From positions 13,361,037-13,425,036 of the forward strand of contig OZ316891.1 in the NCBI GenBank assembly GCA_973895155.1: a stretch of 64,000 nucleotides of DNA, in the 5' to 3' direction. Below the pieces are notes generated by a model that saw nothing but the letters and a program-made list of their open reading frames with translations, was not told the origin of the DNA and ran no database searches. Of this stretch, positions 42,461 through 56,200 are shown piece by piece. Source of the DNA: Marsupella aquatica. Its lineage: Eukaryota; Plantae; Marchantiophyta. Numbering within the stretch: position 1 is the first letter of the stretch; each line of letters begins with the position of its first letter. Both the position numbers and the translations under genes were made by a program.

Positions 42461-43217
42461 GAGATCCTAACAAAAGCTTAAACGATATTATGACAGCAAC
42501 GAATGCACTCATTAATAGTGTACAGCTTGGCAGATTCGCCTCTAAATTTGCAACAATAGCTATCTCACTATCTGTCTCTCCTTTGACACGAGCGTAACGA
42601 TCGTTAGCCCGGGCTCCCCATTACTCGAAAGCACTTTGCACTACGCACACTACTTTGTATCCTGTTTTTAGGTCCTTTCGCCTACTGTTTGATTTTGCCT
42701 ACTTTACGTCTCTCAGAAAGTGGGTTAACTAGCATTACTCAGGAGGAAACAAGAATCTGACAAACATGCGGGACCGACATGATAGCAAATGGAGCTTTTC
42801 TTGGCGTTCATAATGCTCTGCCATGATGTCAAAATCTAATGAGCCCCAGCCCTTTTACCCAAGTCTATAATTCAGGGCAGATTTGTATAACTCAAAAATC
42901 ACCAAACCGGAAAAAAGATCCATTACAGATTTGTCAATGTATTTCTATGATGTAATCCTTGAATTGGAAATGCAGGGACAGCAGAATAAATTCTGTCGAA
43001 GCCCTGATGTATATTTTAGTGGCATCTGAAATGGTGGTAGATGATCAGATAGAACACGTAAGAGAAGGATTGCCGAGCAGGATACGCAACAGAATCTCAA
43101 ATTCTCACTGGGGCGTGACACCCAAGTAGCTCCATTTTGTCGTGTCAAAATGCTAGCACAAAAAAGTATTGGCTATGACAGACTCAACATTTAACTCGAA
43201 CCGAATGCCTTGACGAT

Positions 43218-45968
43218 TCACCGTTCCTTGAATAGCAGCTCCTGAGCCACCTTTTCTGTAGAGGGCTTAAATTTCTCATCCCAAAATCGCCTCATCCTAG
43301 ATTTTTCGATCACCCTATCTGCATCCTCACTCATGCCAGCTTTCCTTAAAGCTGCTTCTAGTACTGTAATCGTTACCTTCAAAGGCTTGATGCCTTGCTC
43401 CTCCATTTGACCTAAAAGATTCTTCGCCATCTCTACCTGCCCCTCCTTAGCACAATGGTTAATGATTGTTGCAAAAGTGATTGCAGTTGGTTGACATCCC
43501 AGACCTGGCATTGACTTCAGTAAATCAACGGCTTCAGTGACTTTTCCTGCCTTGACAAGGTTGTAGATCATCACTGAGTATGTGTGCACATTTGGGGCAA
43601 TGCCAGCCTGTTTCATTTCCTCGAACAGGTTAACAGCTGGTTCGTATCTGCCATGCTTGGCTAACAAGTGGATCAGACTAGTGTAGGTGATAATGTCCGG
43701 CTTGAAGCCCCATTCTTTCATTTGCAGAAACACCTTCAGAGCTCCTTCCATGTCATTCGCTCTCCCGTAGCACGTCATCAACGCAGTTATAATGGGAGTG
43801 CTCATAGGGATACCCTGTTCTTGCATTTCATTCATAATTCGGTCCAAGGCTTCGTTGTTTCTTGACCGCCCAAGGATATTAATCATCATGCAATAGCTAT
43901 GCTCATTGTGTTTGAAGTACGGCTGATCTTTTGCCCATTCGAAAAAGACCAGGGCAGTGTTAGGATTCTTGAGCCGCTGTAGAACTTGCACAACAAATCT
44001 GGGATGTACTAGAGGTTTGATCTTGTCGAGCTTTGCGTCCACAGAAAGAGGTTCTCCGTTTTCCAGCGAATTGACGAGGCTACTCGGGCCGATGATACGA
44101 CCTGTGGATGGACATGACCGACAGTGCAAACATCAGTAAAAACATCCCAAGCTCCCGTGATAAGGAAAGAAATCAGAGGAGCAGGGTAGAAAGATAACAA
44201 GAAGATAACCAGTAGGAGAAATAAATCAATCTACTACATCAGTGGAATAACTTAAGTTTCATCTTAAATTAGTTAAAAGAAGTCAAAATCCTACACCCTG
44301 AACCGATCCAAAGTTGCGAAGATAAAGGCCACCGAAGGTTGGACCTGGAAGCGAGGAAAGGAAGTCCGAATGGCTCAAGAACGCTGTGGGTCGATCCCCT
44401 GTTCCAAAACTATCTACGTCTTGGGGCGCAATCTGTTCAGGAATACCTTGAACCCTCGGCAAGGACAAGTCCAAGGTCCTGTAGGCATCATCCCCAATAT
44501 CCATACCAGCAGCTTTCATCATGTTGAAGTATCTGAGAGCCCTTTCTGGGTTGCCTGCCCCGACATGCAAGCTGATAAGTGTATTGTACGTAATGTAGTT
44601 TGGTTTGCATCCAAGCTCAGACAGCCTATCAAACAGAGACTCCGCCACTTCAGGTTGCCCAGCAACTCCGAAAGCACGAATCAAGACATTGTACGTGCTA
44701 ATGTTAGGGGGGCAATTGGCCTGCAGCATCTGCCTGAAAATCTCTAAAGACTCCTGGTGGAATCCCTGCCTTGAAACTAGATCAATCAGCCTGGTGTACG
44801 TTACCACTGTAGCTTTGCAATTGTTCTCTTTCATTTTGCTCCAGAAATAGAGAGCAGCTTCAACATTTTCTGCTGCAGAACACCACTTTAAGGCACTGTT
44901 GTATGGCCAAGCGCTCTTCCTGTATCCGTCCTCGAGAATCAGCGCAAACGCATCCTGCATTGTCCCAAACTCTTTCGAGCGTCCCAAAGCATCGAGCATC
45001 GCGATGTGGGCCCGCATACTGACTTTGCCACCTGCCTTCTCCCTCGCCCACTTGAAAAAGTTCCACGTCAAGTACGCGTTCTTCGAAGACATCCTCTGTA
45101 GAATTTGCTGAATGAGAAACGAAGTGATGACAAAGTTGGCGTCCTCGAGATTTTTCACAGTGCCAGGACCCCATTCTTGAACATCAAGTACACTGCAAAC
45201 CCTGTTGACAACTTTAGTAGTTGGATTTTGGATTTTCGGGAGGTCCAACGTTTGAAAAGACCCAAAACCTGATTGTATCGTCGCCATTGTGGTCGGATGT
45301 GAATGCACTACTCCCTCTTTGCTCTCTTCGATATTCTCTTCACGCTCATTCGCCGCCGCTTCATCTTCCACAATTACTACAGTCGTCCTCTTCAACCCCT
45401 CCTCACTGCTAGGTCTAAGGTTTATAATCTCAGCAGGCGCGGAAGACGACGACGACGACGTTTCCAAACCAGCAGCAGCTCCACCCTCCGTGTGCAAATA
45501 ATTTCTCCTTGGCAGCGATCCCCACAGAGACCTCGATGAATCATTGTAATAATCATGTCTACGAAAAATACGTTGAATACCTTGAGTTGTGATAACTTGC
45601 TCCTCTAAACCCTTCAAATTTGTCGTCCTAGATAATGGAGAGCATACCTCGCATTCGATTCTATTATTTGGTCTCACTGACTGTCGTGGCTCTGACCTTC
45701 TTCGCAGGTCCTGCCGCCACTGCTGCTGCCTCTCATCCCTGGAATATTGCGAATCACCGAATTCTCCGTTGATCCGCCGATCAGCTGATGCCGCCCAGCT
45801 CGTATCCGCAATGCCGGTCCAGGCGCTTGTGGAAAGAAAGGCGACCACTCCATCTCTTTGCGATGGAGATTCCGACACAGGTAGACAAGTGCTGTTCTTC
45901 CTAGGTCCCGTGCTCGTTTGCTTAGCAGCTCGGTGCGGCGCTCGCTTACAAAATCGACCCACTTTCAT
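43218..45968 (-). CDS. P-class pentatricopeptide repeat protein, probably two exons (~44297-45968 and 43218-44101)
   Basis: 35-aa PPR motifs (VVTYTRLIDLVSRQG, ISTYNVLIRAFGVAG, IITYTSLIHLLAKHG, VHTYSVMIYNLVKAG). Acceptor ccacag ends at 44102; the phase-1 donor position is uncertain. Confidence 0.88.
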
Positions 45969-46810
45969 TTTGCGGAGTCGATCGACCGAGCGACCATCGA
46001 TCGCCGCGGCGGAGGAGTGATATTGTCTCGGATAGTAACGATTTGTATGACGTGGTCTGGTCTCGAAGCCTTTGTTAATTTAGTGCGGCAATTTTACCGT
46101 GTGCTCTGCAAAGTAAAGGCCTGCACACCACAGCAACACCGAAAGTTACGATAGTTTGATGTGTCCGGTATTATGCATGCAGAACGCTTGTTCCAAAAAA
46201 AAGAGTCTTTTCATATAGCATTTAAGAGTATTTGCCACTGAAGATGTCCAAATTTACAATTATGTAACTAATTTAAATTTGTTTTACAAATATGTTATGC
46301 TTTTTGTATATGATTTTTCTTAATTATTTTTACAAATATGTTAGGCTTTTTGTGTATGTTTTCTCTGGCTATGGCTATGTCCCTGAACTTGTCATCCATA
46401 TACAAAACCCTGGTGTATTTGTAATTACAAAAAAATAGTGATAGCATTTTCAATTAGAATAAAGTACTTAAAGAGCGTATTGTCAATTAAAACAAATTAA
46501 AAGTACTCAATAGTTGTTTCTTTATAACTAGTCTCATTAAACTTAGACTAAAAAACCTTGCAGAGAGAAAAAGATCCCCTCTTATTTATTGTTCATGAGT
46601 GCCCCATCCTTGTCTTTGTCTCCATCTTCACTTAGAGTTATGGTTTAGAGTCTTCACTCGGGGCAGTAGGCCCAGGAAATAGCTTTTGATCATACATTAT
46701 TAGTTAGATTTATGCCTTCTGTCGCGTCTCTAACCTGGGCCTTAAATCCAGTTTAGTTCCATGGCGCAACCTCGACCACCAATAGGGGTGAGGGTTCGGG
46801 CAAGGAGGTG

Positions 46811-49800
46811 TGTAGTGGCCCCGATTAGCCCTAAGTCGGGCTAAGTCGATATACTTACTGGTATAACACTTACACAATTCGTACTAGTCATAGGTATATT
46901 TATTTTCCACCGCTGGAATTTTCCCTCAGTTAGTGACTCGGACTAACTCCCGGCTTGGGGCTTTTCAAGCCATCGACGCGACAGAACCTTGTGACATGCA
47001 ATGGGTGGCAATCCCTACCATTAGTCCGCACCCGGTACGTCCCTTAAAATGGCGCCTTTGCCCAGACAAAGCATACACACAACACCAGTTACTCGCGGAA
47101 ACATTAGAGGGAAAAGACTACATTTACTCAGCGAAGCATCAGTTTACATGGTTGACTCGACTTCTGAGGGGGTCAGCAGGCCCAACGGCAGTTGATGCCC
47201 AGTCTCTACGAGGCCCCGCCTCGCACTTGCCCAGCAAGCTCGACTCTGGCTCTCACTCCTTGGTGCGCTCTGACCCTACTCAGGCCGGGACTCCCCGTGT
47301 CTCGCCTTTTCTTCTGCTGAGATAACTAAGCCTTCTCCCCCCTCCATAGCGGAAGGGGAAGCCTAAATACTACGTTTGCGAAAGGGAACCGGAGGATACT
47401 ACCTTCCGGGGCAATACCTACTGACTAACTACCCTCTGACTAACTGGTCGTGCCGTACTGACTAGTTGACCGTTGACGACAAGAGTGCTAACCGGAATGG
47501 CAACAGCTAAGCCTACTGACAAAATCTAGTCCGTTGATGGACTCCATCCTACGCTGGCTGCTCCTAACTGATTTGGTCCTAATTCTTCCTACTGCCGGTA
47601 ATCGGCGCCTAATGACAGCTATTCTGTCGTTACGCTTAACCAAAAGATGCCGTTGACTCAACTGCCTCGCGCGGCGCCTGCTTCCACCCTTCGCTAACCA
47701 CCCCTTACGTGTGTGTTGTGGTCGGACCAGGGTTTGTCCCCCTGTCGGGGCGAGACCTCGAGCCGCCTTGATCAGAGGTGGGCCCAGGTTTTCCCCGCTG
47801 GAGGACAAGCAGGGCAACGCGATCCTGCAAGGCCTTGTTGTCCCGCACCGCCTCCTCCACCTCGTTTGCAGCTTCATCGGCCTCTATCTAGAGCCGCGCT
47901 ACCTCCAGGTTGAGCTGGTTAATGGAGTCGCGATGGGTCTGGTCCTGCGCCAGCAATTTATCCCGTTCAACAAAGAGACTAGCTACCTGTTGAGCTGCCT
48001 GCAGGAACTGTTTGTTGAGGTCGGTCAGGCTAGTAACTCGAGCCAAAGATTCTGAGCGCAATTGAAACATGGTGTCATCCAGCTTCTTGAGATCTGCTTG
48101 CGCTCTGCTCAACTCCTGTGTTAGTCTGTCCCTCTGTTCAACGGTGCGGACTAACTCCTCACGGCGGGTAGTGGCCTCCTCCTCGAGGTGCTCTACCAGC
48201 ATTTGGAGGCGCCCGATCTCATTCCCCTTCGCCATGAGTTCTTCTTCCAAGCGGCTTACGATCCGTGGTTGGTGCTCTAACATGAAGAAGGCTGGTTGAA
48301 AGTACGCCGAGACTTGTTGTCCGATGTACGTCGCCAGCTCCCCAAACATAGTCTGGCTAAACTTCTGGACCAGGTCGTAGGCCATGGTCCCCGGGGCTAC
48401 TTGGTAGTCCTCCATCCTCTCGGGTACCGGTGGTTCCTCGGGTGGGGCAACGATCTCCTCCGTAGTCTGCACTGGGGAGGGGAAGGTTTCTTCAGGTGGT
48501 GGAGGGATTGGGGGTGGTTGTACCGTGGGTAGCGGAGGCTCGACGAAAGGGGGCGGCGGAATTTCAATAGGAGGAGGTGACGGAGTATTAGTCGGGGCTT
48601 CCGGCTCGGGGTTTGGCCGAGGGGCAGTAGTCTGCGCGCTCGGGGTTGCCTCCTCTGGGGCGGGGGTGACATTAGTCGGGGTTGAGGCGGCCATATTCTT
48701 TCCTCTGGCCTCCCGCCGTGCCTTGTACCAGGCGAGGATGATGGCGATATGACTTCCCAAGTAAGTCTTCCCCCCAATAGCCATACCACCCTGAGCCCGC
48801 TTCAGCTCCCCCGAGAATCTATGGTAAAAGAATTGGGCCCAGTTCCGCCGTTTATACTGTTCTACCTGTACGATCATGCAGAGGGAGATCTCGGATCATG
48901 GCTCAATCATGTGTAGGGTAGTCCGTATGAAGTTAAGCCGCTCCATGCAGATTAAGTTGGTGCACGACCCCTACTTGTATCCGTTGTCCATCTTACCCTT
49001 GGATTTGAAGTGCCGAGGTGTATACTCCTTATCCCGAATTTGGAGTTCAACCAGCACCTGCCCGGTTGGTAGGCAGAAGATCTATGCCAACCGATGCTCG
49101 GTGAGTGGTAAGGTCTGCCCTGAAACCTTAGTGGTCGATGTGTCGGTGTCAAAATTGGAGATGAACTCACAAATCTCCTTTGGCCCGGCGGCGCACAGTC
49201 TCCATAGCAAGTGAGTGAACGGCTCCAACTGATGCTCCTTGAGATAGTCCGCGTGTTCGAGTTTCTTGATCGCAATCCAGACTACTTTGGGGACGCGGAT
49301 CACCTGTAATAAGTTGGACTTTGGGTTATCCGGGGGCCGTCGGGTCTGGTTGGCCGGGAGGTTTGTCGGGGCAGGTGCAGGCGCAGCGTTGGTTTGCGTT
49401 GTTGATTCGGGGGCCGGCGTCGTCCTTGGCCGCTTACAAGAACGTTGCTCGAGTTGCGGACTAACTCGCTCGGAACCCAAAGAACACTTTGTGTTGATCA
49501 CTGGTCGGACTTGGGACCGGTTCGGAGGTACGCCGGTGGTCATTGGTTGAGGTGCTGGTGGTGTTGGGGTGGCCATATCACAGTCGAAGGTGTTGGAACT
49601 TTCCCCGAGGAAAGTAAGATTATGCGCCGCTTCCCGTTGTCTGCTGATGTCTTCTTGGTGCTTTTTGGCTGCGATCTGCTGGTCTAGGTACCCCGGAATC
49701 TTGTTAAACTCCACTTGAGTAAGCCGCTGGCTGCCCTTCAGCCTAAAGAACTTTGCTGGGACCTCAAGAATCGCCTATGCTACCGACCTAAGCCCTTCCT

Positions 49801-50572
49801 CGCTGAGATATAGCTCGGTGATGTAGTCTCGCAGCTCGTTGTAGCTGGAATCCCTGGTGATGGCTGTCTTCTCGCAATTAACCAGTGCTACCATGGCCAC
49901 CAGTTTTGCGTATCTTCATTCGTAAGCGGCTTTCTTGGGACAAGAGTACCAATAAGTCTCGGAGAACTTAGCACCTACCTCGCCAAACAAGGTCCAAAAT
50001 CCCAAGGCTGTAAGGGTCATACTAACCTTGTAGTCCGGTTCGTCGAGTCCGCGTTCCCACCCGGCTGGTCCTCGTGCTTGTGGAGGCCTTGCTCGTCCTG
50101 ACTAAATCTCACCACATTCTGCTCTTATCCCTCGATAATCTCCTTGTAAAGGTCAGCTTGATTTGAGCAAAAAGGTGAGTGAATGGCAGCGTCCGCGAAT
50201 TCCAAAAGGTAGAAATGAGCAAATGGCCCGCAGTGCCATTGGCTCTTCTCTTATGGAGGTGCCAGGATGAGCCCGAGCGTGAGAAGGCCAGGCCATTTTG
50301 GTCGTTGATAATGAGCTGAAGTCGGCGCCTCGGTCCAAGCGTGATTCTTCTAACGGATTTTTACTCCGTCACCGCCACCGTACCTCGGTCGCGCGTAATA
50401 ATCCTCCTCCTAAATTCGTAATCATTCGGTCGACTTAACCTACTCCTAATCTATTTATAATGGCAACAGACGGCTATACGTGCTATTCTACGCTACGGCT
50501 ACAGTCCTAACGACCATATAAGACCTAATCTACGACCTGGGTTTGGTTAAGTGACATGTTACCCGTGTCACA
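46811..50572 (-). mobile_element. 3.76 kb TG...CA retroelement-derived unit (giant solo-LTR-like) with internal ORF
   Basis: Minus strand reads TGTGACACGGG...GGGGCCACTACA, with TATAAATA at 50452-50459 and GC-rich composition distinct from the flanks. No duplicated LTR pair, PBS or TSD found. Confidence 0.6.
47705..50296 (-). pseudogene. Decayed retroelement accessory ORF (plant-transposon-protein-like domain, Pro-rich linker, coiled coil), ~860 codons
   Basis: Track ORFs 49082-49714 and 47888-48877 are in the same frame, separated by three stops (TAG, TAG, TGA). The frame continues to TAA at 47705 and upstream with frameshifts toward ATG 50296. Motifs EFISNFD...TKVSGQTLPLTEHRLA.IFCLP and NWAQFFYHRFSGEL...KTYLGSHI. 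Confidence 0.7.
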
Positions 50573-50917
50573 CCTTCAATTGGCATGGACCCAATAGGTA
50601 TCTTTTATTCAAGGAGAGTGAGTAACCCACAACTGTCCATATATAAAGGGGAAAGTATCCAAAATTTCTCCATTTTCTCACATTCTACTCACTTCTTTCC
50701 ACTAAGGTGCCAGTCTGTCATGATTTAGGGAATAATATAGTGTTAGTAGTGAAATTTGGATCGTACAGGTAACCCATAGCTCTAGAAAAGAAAATTGTGG
50801 TTTAAACCCCAATGAATGATGAAAGCCAAGCATGCCTCAACTTGTCGGGGACCTCTTTGTTGTTCTTCAACCATGACATTGACCTAACCTTTGTTGAACA
50901 TGGAGTCATGAACTCAC

Positions 50918-51180
50918 ACTAAAATAAGGCGAGCATAGATGCTGTTAAAATTAGTCTAGCATACACCAATATCAAGGTTCGATGAGCATAGATCTGCTGC
51001 TAAAATAAGCTAAATGTAGGGTCTCCTGATAAAACTAGCTACGCATCAATCAATTTCTAAAATCTGCCAAGCATGGGTCCATTGCTAAACTTAGCCAAGC
51101 AGTAGTCCGCTGCTAAAATTAGCCAAGCATAGATTATCTAGTATGGATACTCTACTAAAGATTAGCTGGGTAGAGGTTCG
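50918..51180. repeat. Minisatellite, ~30 bp unit (gctaaaattagccaagcatagat)
   Basis: About 8 degenerate units; one more unit-like sequence at ~51598, on the far side of the solo LTR. Confidence 0.7.
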
Positions 51181-51211
51181 TTGGGTTTGATACTAAATGT
51201 TAGGTGAACAT

Positions 51212-51557
51212 TGTTGAGCAAGGACGACATTCACAACGTCAAGTTTATGAACCATTTAACACACAAGTGATTGACACACAGAGATATGTGGTTCACCTTA
51301 GCTAAGGCTACGTCCACAAGAACACACAAGAACTTTATTGCACTATAGGCCCGTCGGACAGACCAAGTCTCCGCAATACAAGATCTCCTTATCTCTCAAC
51401 GGGCTCCGTAACAATGAACGTGAGTTCCTCCTATCCAAGAAAACACTGCTTGGGATGTAACTGTGTGCAGCCTAGTTAACCTAACCTAGTCTGTGACTAA
51501 GGTAAGCCCTAACTATGGTCACAGTCGTAACCCTAGACTAAGTTTAAATGCCTAACA
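51212..51557 (-). mobile_element. Solo LTR, same Copia-like family, 346 bp
   Basis: TGTTG...CCTAACA termini with perfect TSD AACAT (51207-51211, 51558-51562) and the family motif atatgtggttcacc...ggctacgtccac. Confidence 0.9.
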
Positions 51558-53219
51558 AACATGAGTGTGTTGCTCTAATCACCAGAGCATTTATTTTCTG
51601 CTAAAATTACCCCGATATGGGTCTAATACTCTTGCACATGTTATGAGATGCTCACTCATAGTTCCTTTTTGTCCACTATTTGAATACAAAACACATAGAG
51701 GTTTGTTTGCAAGACATGTGTCTGCATAACACTTACCCTTATTGTAACCAGTTTAATATTGAGTTACTTAACTGGTGAGGTGGGCCATTTTGGGTGAGTT
51801 TGTTCTTATTACAAGATTGTGGTTTAATGGTTTTCATGTGACATGCCATTGTGAGAATATCACCTGAAGAGAGCTTTTGGAGTGAGAAATGCAGGTGTAT
51901 ATTTTTTGTTTGGCTTTACGGAGCAAAGTTTCCTGCTTGACATATAGCCCTCCCCTCATATGTGTAGCTTAAATCCGTTCATAAATTTGACCTTTGGTGG
52001 GATATCAATCTTGCGAGCCCAGGGCCATTGCTAAACAGCTTTAACCTACTCAAAATGTATAAAAGTAAAGGGTTTGGCACTCAAACAAACCTAAGCCCTT
52101 GTAAACCCTCCACAAGTCCATTAGTTTGGGGATAAACAATGTTCAGCCAACCGGGCAGCCAACACACTACCTAGGCCAAGGCGCAAGCATAACCTAATAC
52201 AGTGGCGTGAAAATATCAAGCAAAATATTGCCCTTTATTTGTAACACTCTTTTAATTCTTTGATGCTGATCATTGATCATCAATTGCATGTGGCTCGTAT
52301 AATGATCGATGGTACTAACAGAAAGTTGCGGCTCATGGAGTTAGTTGAGACCCACATCATAGAATCCTTCTTGCAGTGCACCTTCCTCCAATACTCCACA
52401 TGAATAACTCTATTTTTGCAAATATCAACCATGATACCCCAGCTTGCAAGCAACAGCCCCTCTTCACCTGACTTGGTTGGGACTATCATATATTACAATA
52501 TATGCAACATAAATTGCAAAAATGATCTGCACTTTACAACCAGTTGAAGAATGGATCCTTGCAGTGAATTTGTGAGCAAGAATGCAATATATCTACTATG
52601 ACATAAGCTTCCTTAATTATTTAATTATGAACTCTGAAAAGAATACTTGGCGTGTATAAATAGCCTTTGGAAGACTTTGACCTAGCATAGATGGCCATGT
52701 TGTATTGTAGCCTCTATCTATAACACCAATGAAATAACTCTTTCTCTCCTATAATGTACAATAAGTGATATGTAATAAAACCATATATTCTCGCATACAT
52801 TTTTGCCAAAGTGAATTGGCCTAAGTAAAACAAGTAAGATGGACCAATCAACTCAGTCCCAAATACCCACTACAGAGTGACCAAATTAAATAACTTGAAT
52901 AATACCATTGTCACATATAATCCTGCAATGACCAAAATCCCAACCAAAATAAAGTAGGTTCTCAGTTGGATCTAATAGACACTTAGAAATCAGTTCAAAT
53001 TACAAAGACATCATAAGTAGTTAAAGAGCAATACTTGGATGCCAAGTACAAGGTAATAATCAAATCAAAATGACACATAACAAGAATTTTATTGAAAGTT
53101 AATATGCAAAGTATTTATTTCAGCTTATAAGAATAGCTGTACATACCTGACAACTAAAGAGCTGAGGTAAATATTTGCATGAGAAAAGAGGTGAACTTGA
53201 TTTAATTGAACCTCAAGAG

Positions 53220-56200
53220 CTATCGCCAGGCATCATCATCCTTTATATTGTAGTTTCTAACCCTTGGTCGACTAGCAATTTGATTTGCCAATTGAGTCTC
53301 TCGCAATTTTATGGATTGCTTCAATTTGCTGCGTTGACTTGGGATACCCTAAATACAAGCAATTTTGATTAATTGGACTAGAGCAATGAGCTTTCAATTA
53401 AACCACAACTTCCCTTGTATAAGGGGAAGTGTCCAAGAACTCCCCCTTTTTCCACATTTCAACCACTGTTCTCCTCTAGCATGCCAGTTTGCTCCACAAT
53501 TTCAGAAAAAATCTCCTTTTCATGGTAACTACGGGTAACCCGTAGCTTTTGAAGGGCAGTTGTGCTTTAAATGCAACATTGAAAGAACATGCTATAGGGA
53601 GGAGTGTAAGCTTTAGCATATACAAATATATCAAATCCATGTCTATAAACAAACTTTTCATTTTATATCTAGACTTGATTAAATCAGTGCAAGTTGATTC
53701 TATGTAAGGATCAACTTAATATATTATACTCACCTGATGAACATAATCTTGTAGTACTTCAGGCCTTTGCTTAAGAGACGTCATTTTCCCTTCTAAATGA
53801 AGCCAACAGTTACCAATGTGTTCATCAACTGCCTCATTGGGCTGAAGACTCCTTGATTGTGTATGTATGTTAATACCTTGCTTGGATCCTCTTGTGGTAG
53901 AAGCCTCACGTCCCCATTCTTGGGTTGTTGGACTGGACACTCCTTGAGCACTAGTCTGGTTAGGAGCCTTTTGGGGACTTGAATATGGGCGATGAGAACA
54001 AGTAGTAGTTGCCCTTCCTCTATTGGTAGCCTGCAGTATGTGTAACTGGTTGTCCTCAATATGATTCTTGAATCTGCTTATGTATAGCAAACAATAATTT
54101 GAGACTTGGAGTGGGATCACTCGAGGATAACTACACCACCACCATGTAAGTACTATAATGCCCCCACTCCCTTCCCCCACCAAAAAAACAAAAAATTAAT
54201 AACAACAAAAATAACTATTTAGGAAATTTATTTTCAAATATATATGGGCTAAAATTATATAGGCATCACATATCATAATTTAAAAATAAGGACACCTAAC
54301 TTTTGTTTTAGGGGTTAATACAAACTTGTGTTTCACTTTTCTAGAGGTTACTTTCTCCCTTGAAATTTGAAGGAATCCAAAGCTGAGTAGGACTCAATAG
54401 GAATCATATAAAATTGTTTTCTCCATCACAACATACCATATTCCTGGTAGGATTTTGACTATGTTCCAGACGGTCATAATGTTCAAGAAACAACATATTG
54501 TTCTTGAAGTCAGACTGTTGCACAAATCTGTCAAATTAAAAGTCCAGCCAATAGGAAATTAATGTTTCCAAAAAGGAAAGTGGCTCGTGGATAAATAGAG
54601 TCAAAGTTGAAATATTAGATGATATAGCTATAAGTTCTCTTGGAATGGTACTATTGTTTTGAGAATATGATAAATCAATATAGAAAATCTTAAAGCAACT
54701 ATTGCACATATCAACCATTTTTACTTAGAATATTCATGCATGAAATTGACCTGTTGAAATCTGCATGGAGAGAATTGCTAATCTCCATTAGACAATCCCT
54801 CTCATTAGTCATTCTTATAATGTCAGCTGTAGCACTTTCTAGCTGAATTTGCAATACTTTTTGTACTCTCTCAAGCTCAGCAATCTTGACGGCTGCTGGC
54901 TGAATATCATCTGAAACACTGGTAAAGAAAATCATCATTCTTTAATCTTGGTGGAGGTGTACTGAGAGAATCTAATTGTCCACATTGTGGAAGGGAAAGC
55001 ATAGATATTAACCAACCCCATAACCAGCTTACATTTTTTTTCTGAAAGCCACCTTTTATATAGTGATTGGACTTGGGAGTTTATCTAAGTATATAATTTG
55101 AGATGACTCAAGCTGTCATAGAATAACTTAAACTCCTCTATTTTATAAACAAACTTGTATAATAATTTTTGTTATTTTCATTTTTTATAAGCCATTTCTA
55201 CAGTCATTATAGCAAATATGTATGGCATATTTTAGATATGTGAGTGTGCACTACCTTATTTATTTCCCTGTTTTAAAACCTTTTGCAACTATCATTCAAA
55301 TATATACTTATTATTACTTGCAAGTGATTCCTATTGATCTAATATCATAAACCTCCTGATTTTTGGACACTGAAAATCATGATGAGAATAAGTATGATCA
55401 CCTTTTGGATTTGTCACATATATTGGGTTTGTTCTGGATAGCTTCTGTGGTTTGATCTTCTTGGTTAGGAGTTTTTTCATCTGATTTTTTTAGTCGGAGT
55501 TTCTGAAGCTCTGATGCCAAATGGTGCACCTCCTCACGCAACTGTCTTACTTCTTTCCCCTAAGCAATGTATTAGTCCAAGACCTTAGTAAAATTATTTC
55601 ACAATACACTGATTGCTGAGTCCAACATTTATGTAAGCAAAGACAGTAATCACTTAATATAAAGAAGATAATGACAAGAATAAAACACATGAATCCAGCA
55701 CATGCATGCACTTCAAGAAAATGAAGAAAATAGATATATTAAGCAATGCAGGTTAATATTGATTTATTATAAGACCTTACTTCACATTTTGTTGACAGGC
55801 CTTCAATATTGTTTGAAGATTTTTCTTTTTGAAGAGTAGCCTTTTGTAAAGCTTCCATGTCTTCCAACATGGTACCTGTAATATACTTACAAAGTCATAA
55901 TCATCACAAACCTCATTCATGGAAACACATCCTAATGACTAATAAAAACATGATTACAGCGGCACAATAAATTTAAGGTCACTTCCTTCATGCTAGTACT
56001 ATCTCTCAGCTTGACATTTTGTGGAGAAAAAAACTTGACAAAAAATGAGATGGACAGTTCAAGGTTCTTCAAGAATCTTGGTTCTACTTAGTGTAGCTCA
56101 AAAGTTAAAAAGGGAAAGCAACTGGAGAAACTTACACACCAACTACTGATCGCATCTGTTCATTTTGATGTTTCAAATTTTGCATGCTACTTCTCAAGTC

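Noticed and set aside
46806-50577. Interpreting the 3.76 kb element as a TIR DNA transposon (aggtgtg...cacacct)
   Set aside because: The inverted match is only ~7 bp, with no TSD and no DDE transposase motif seen.
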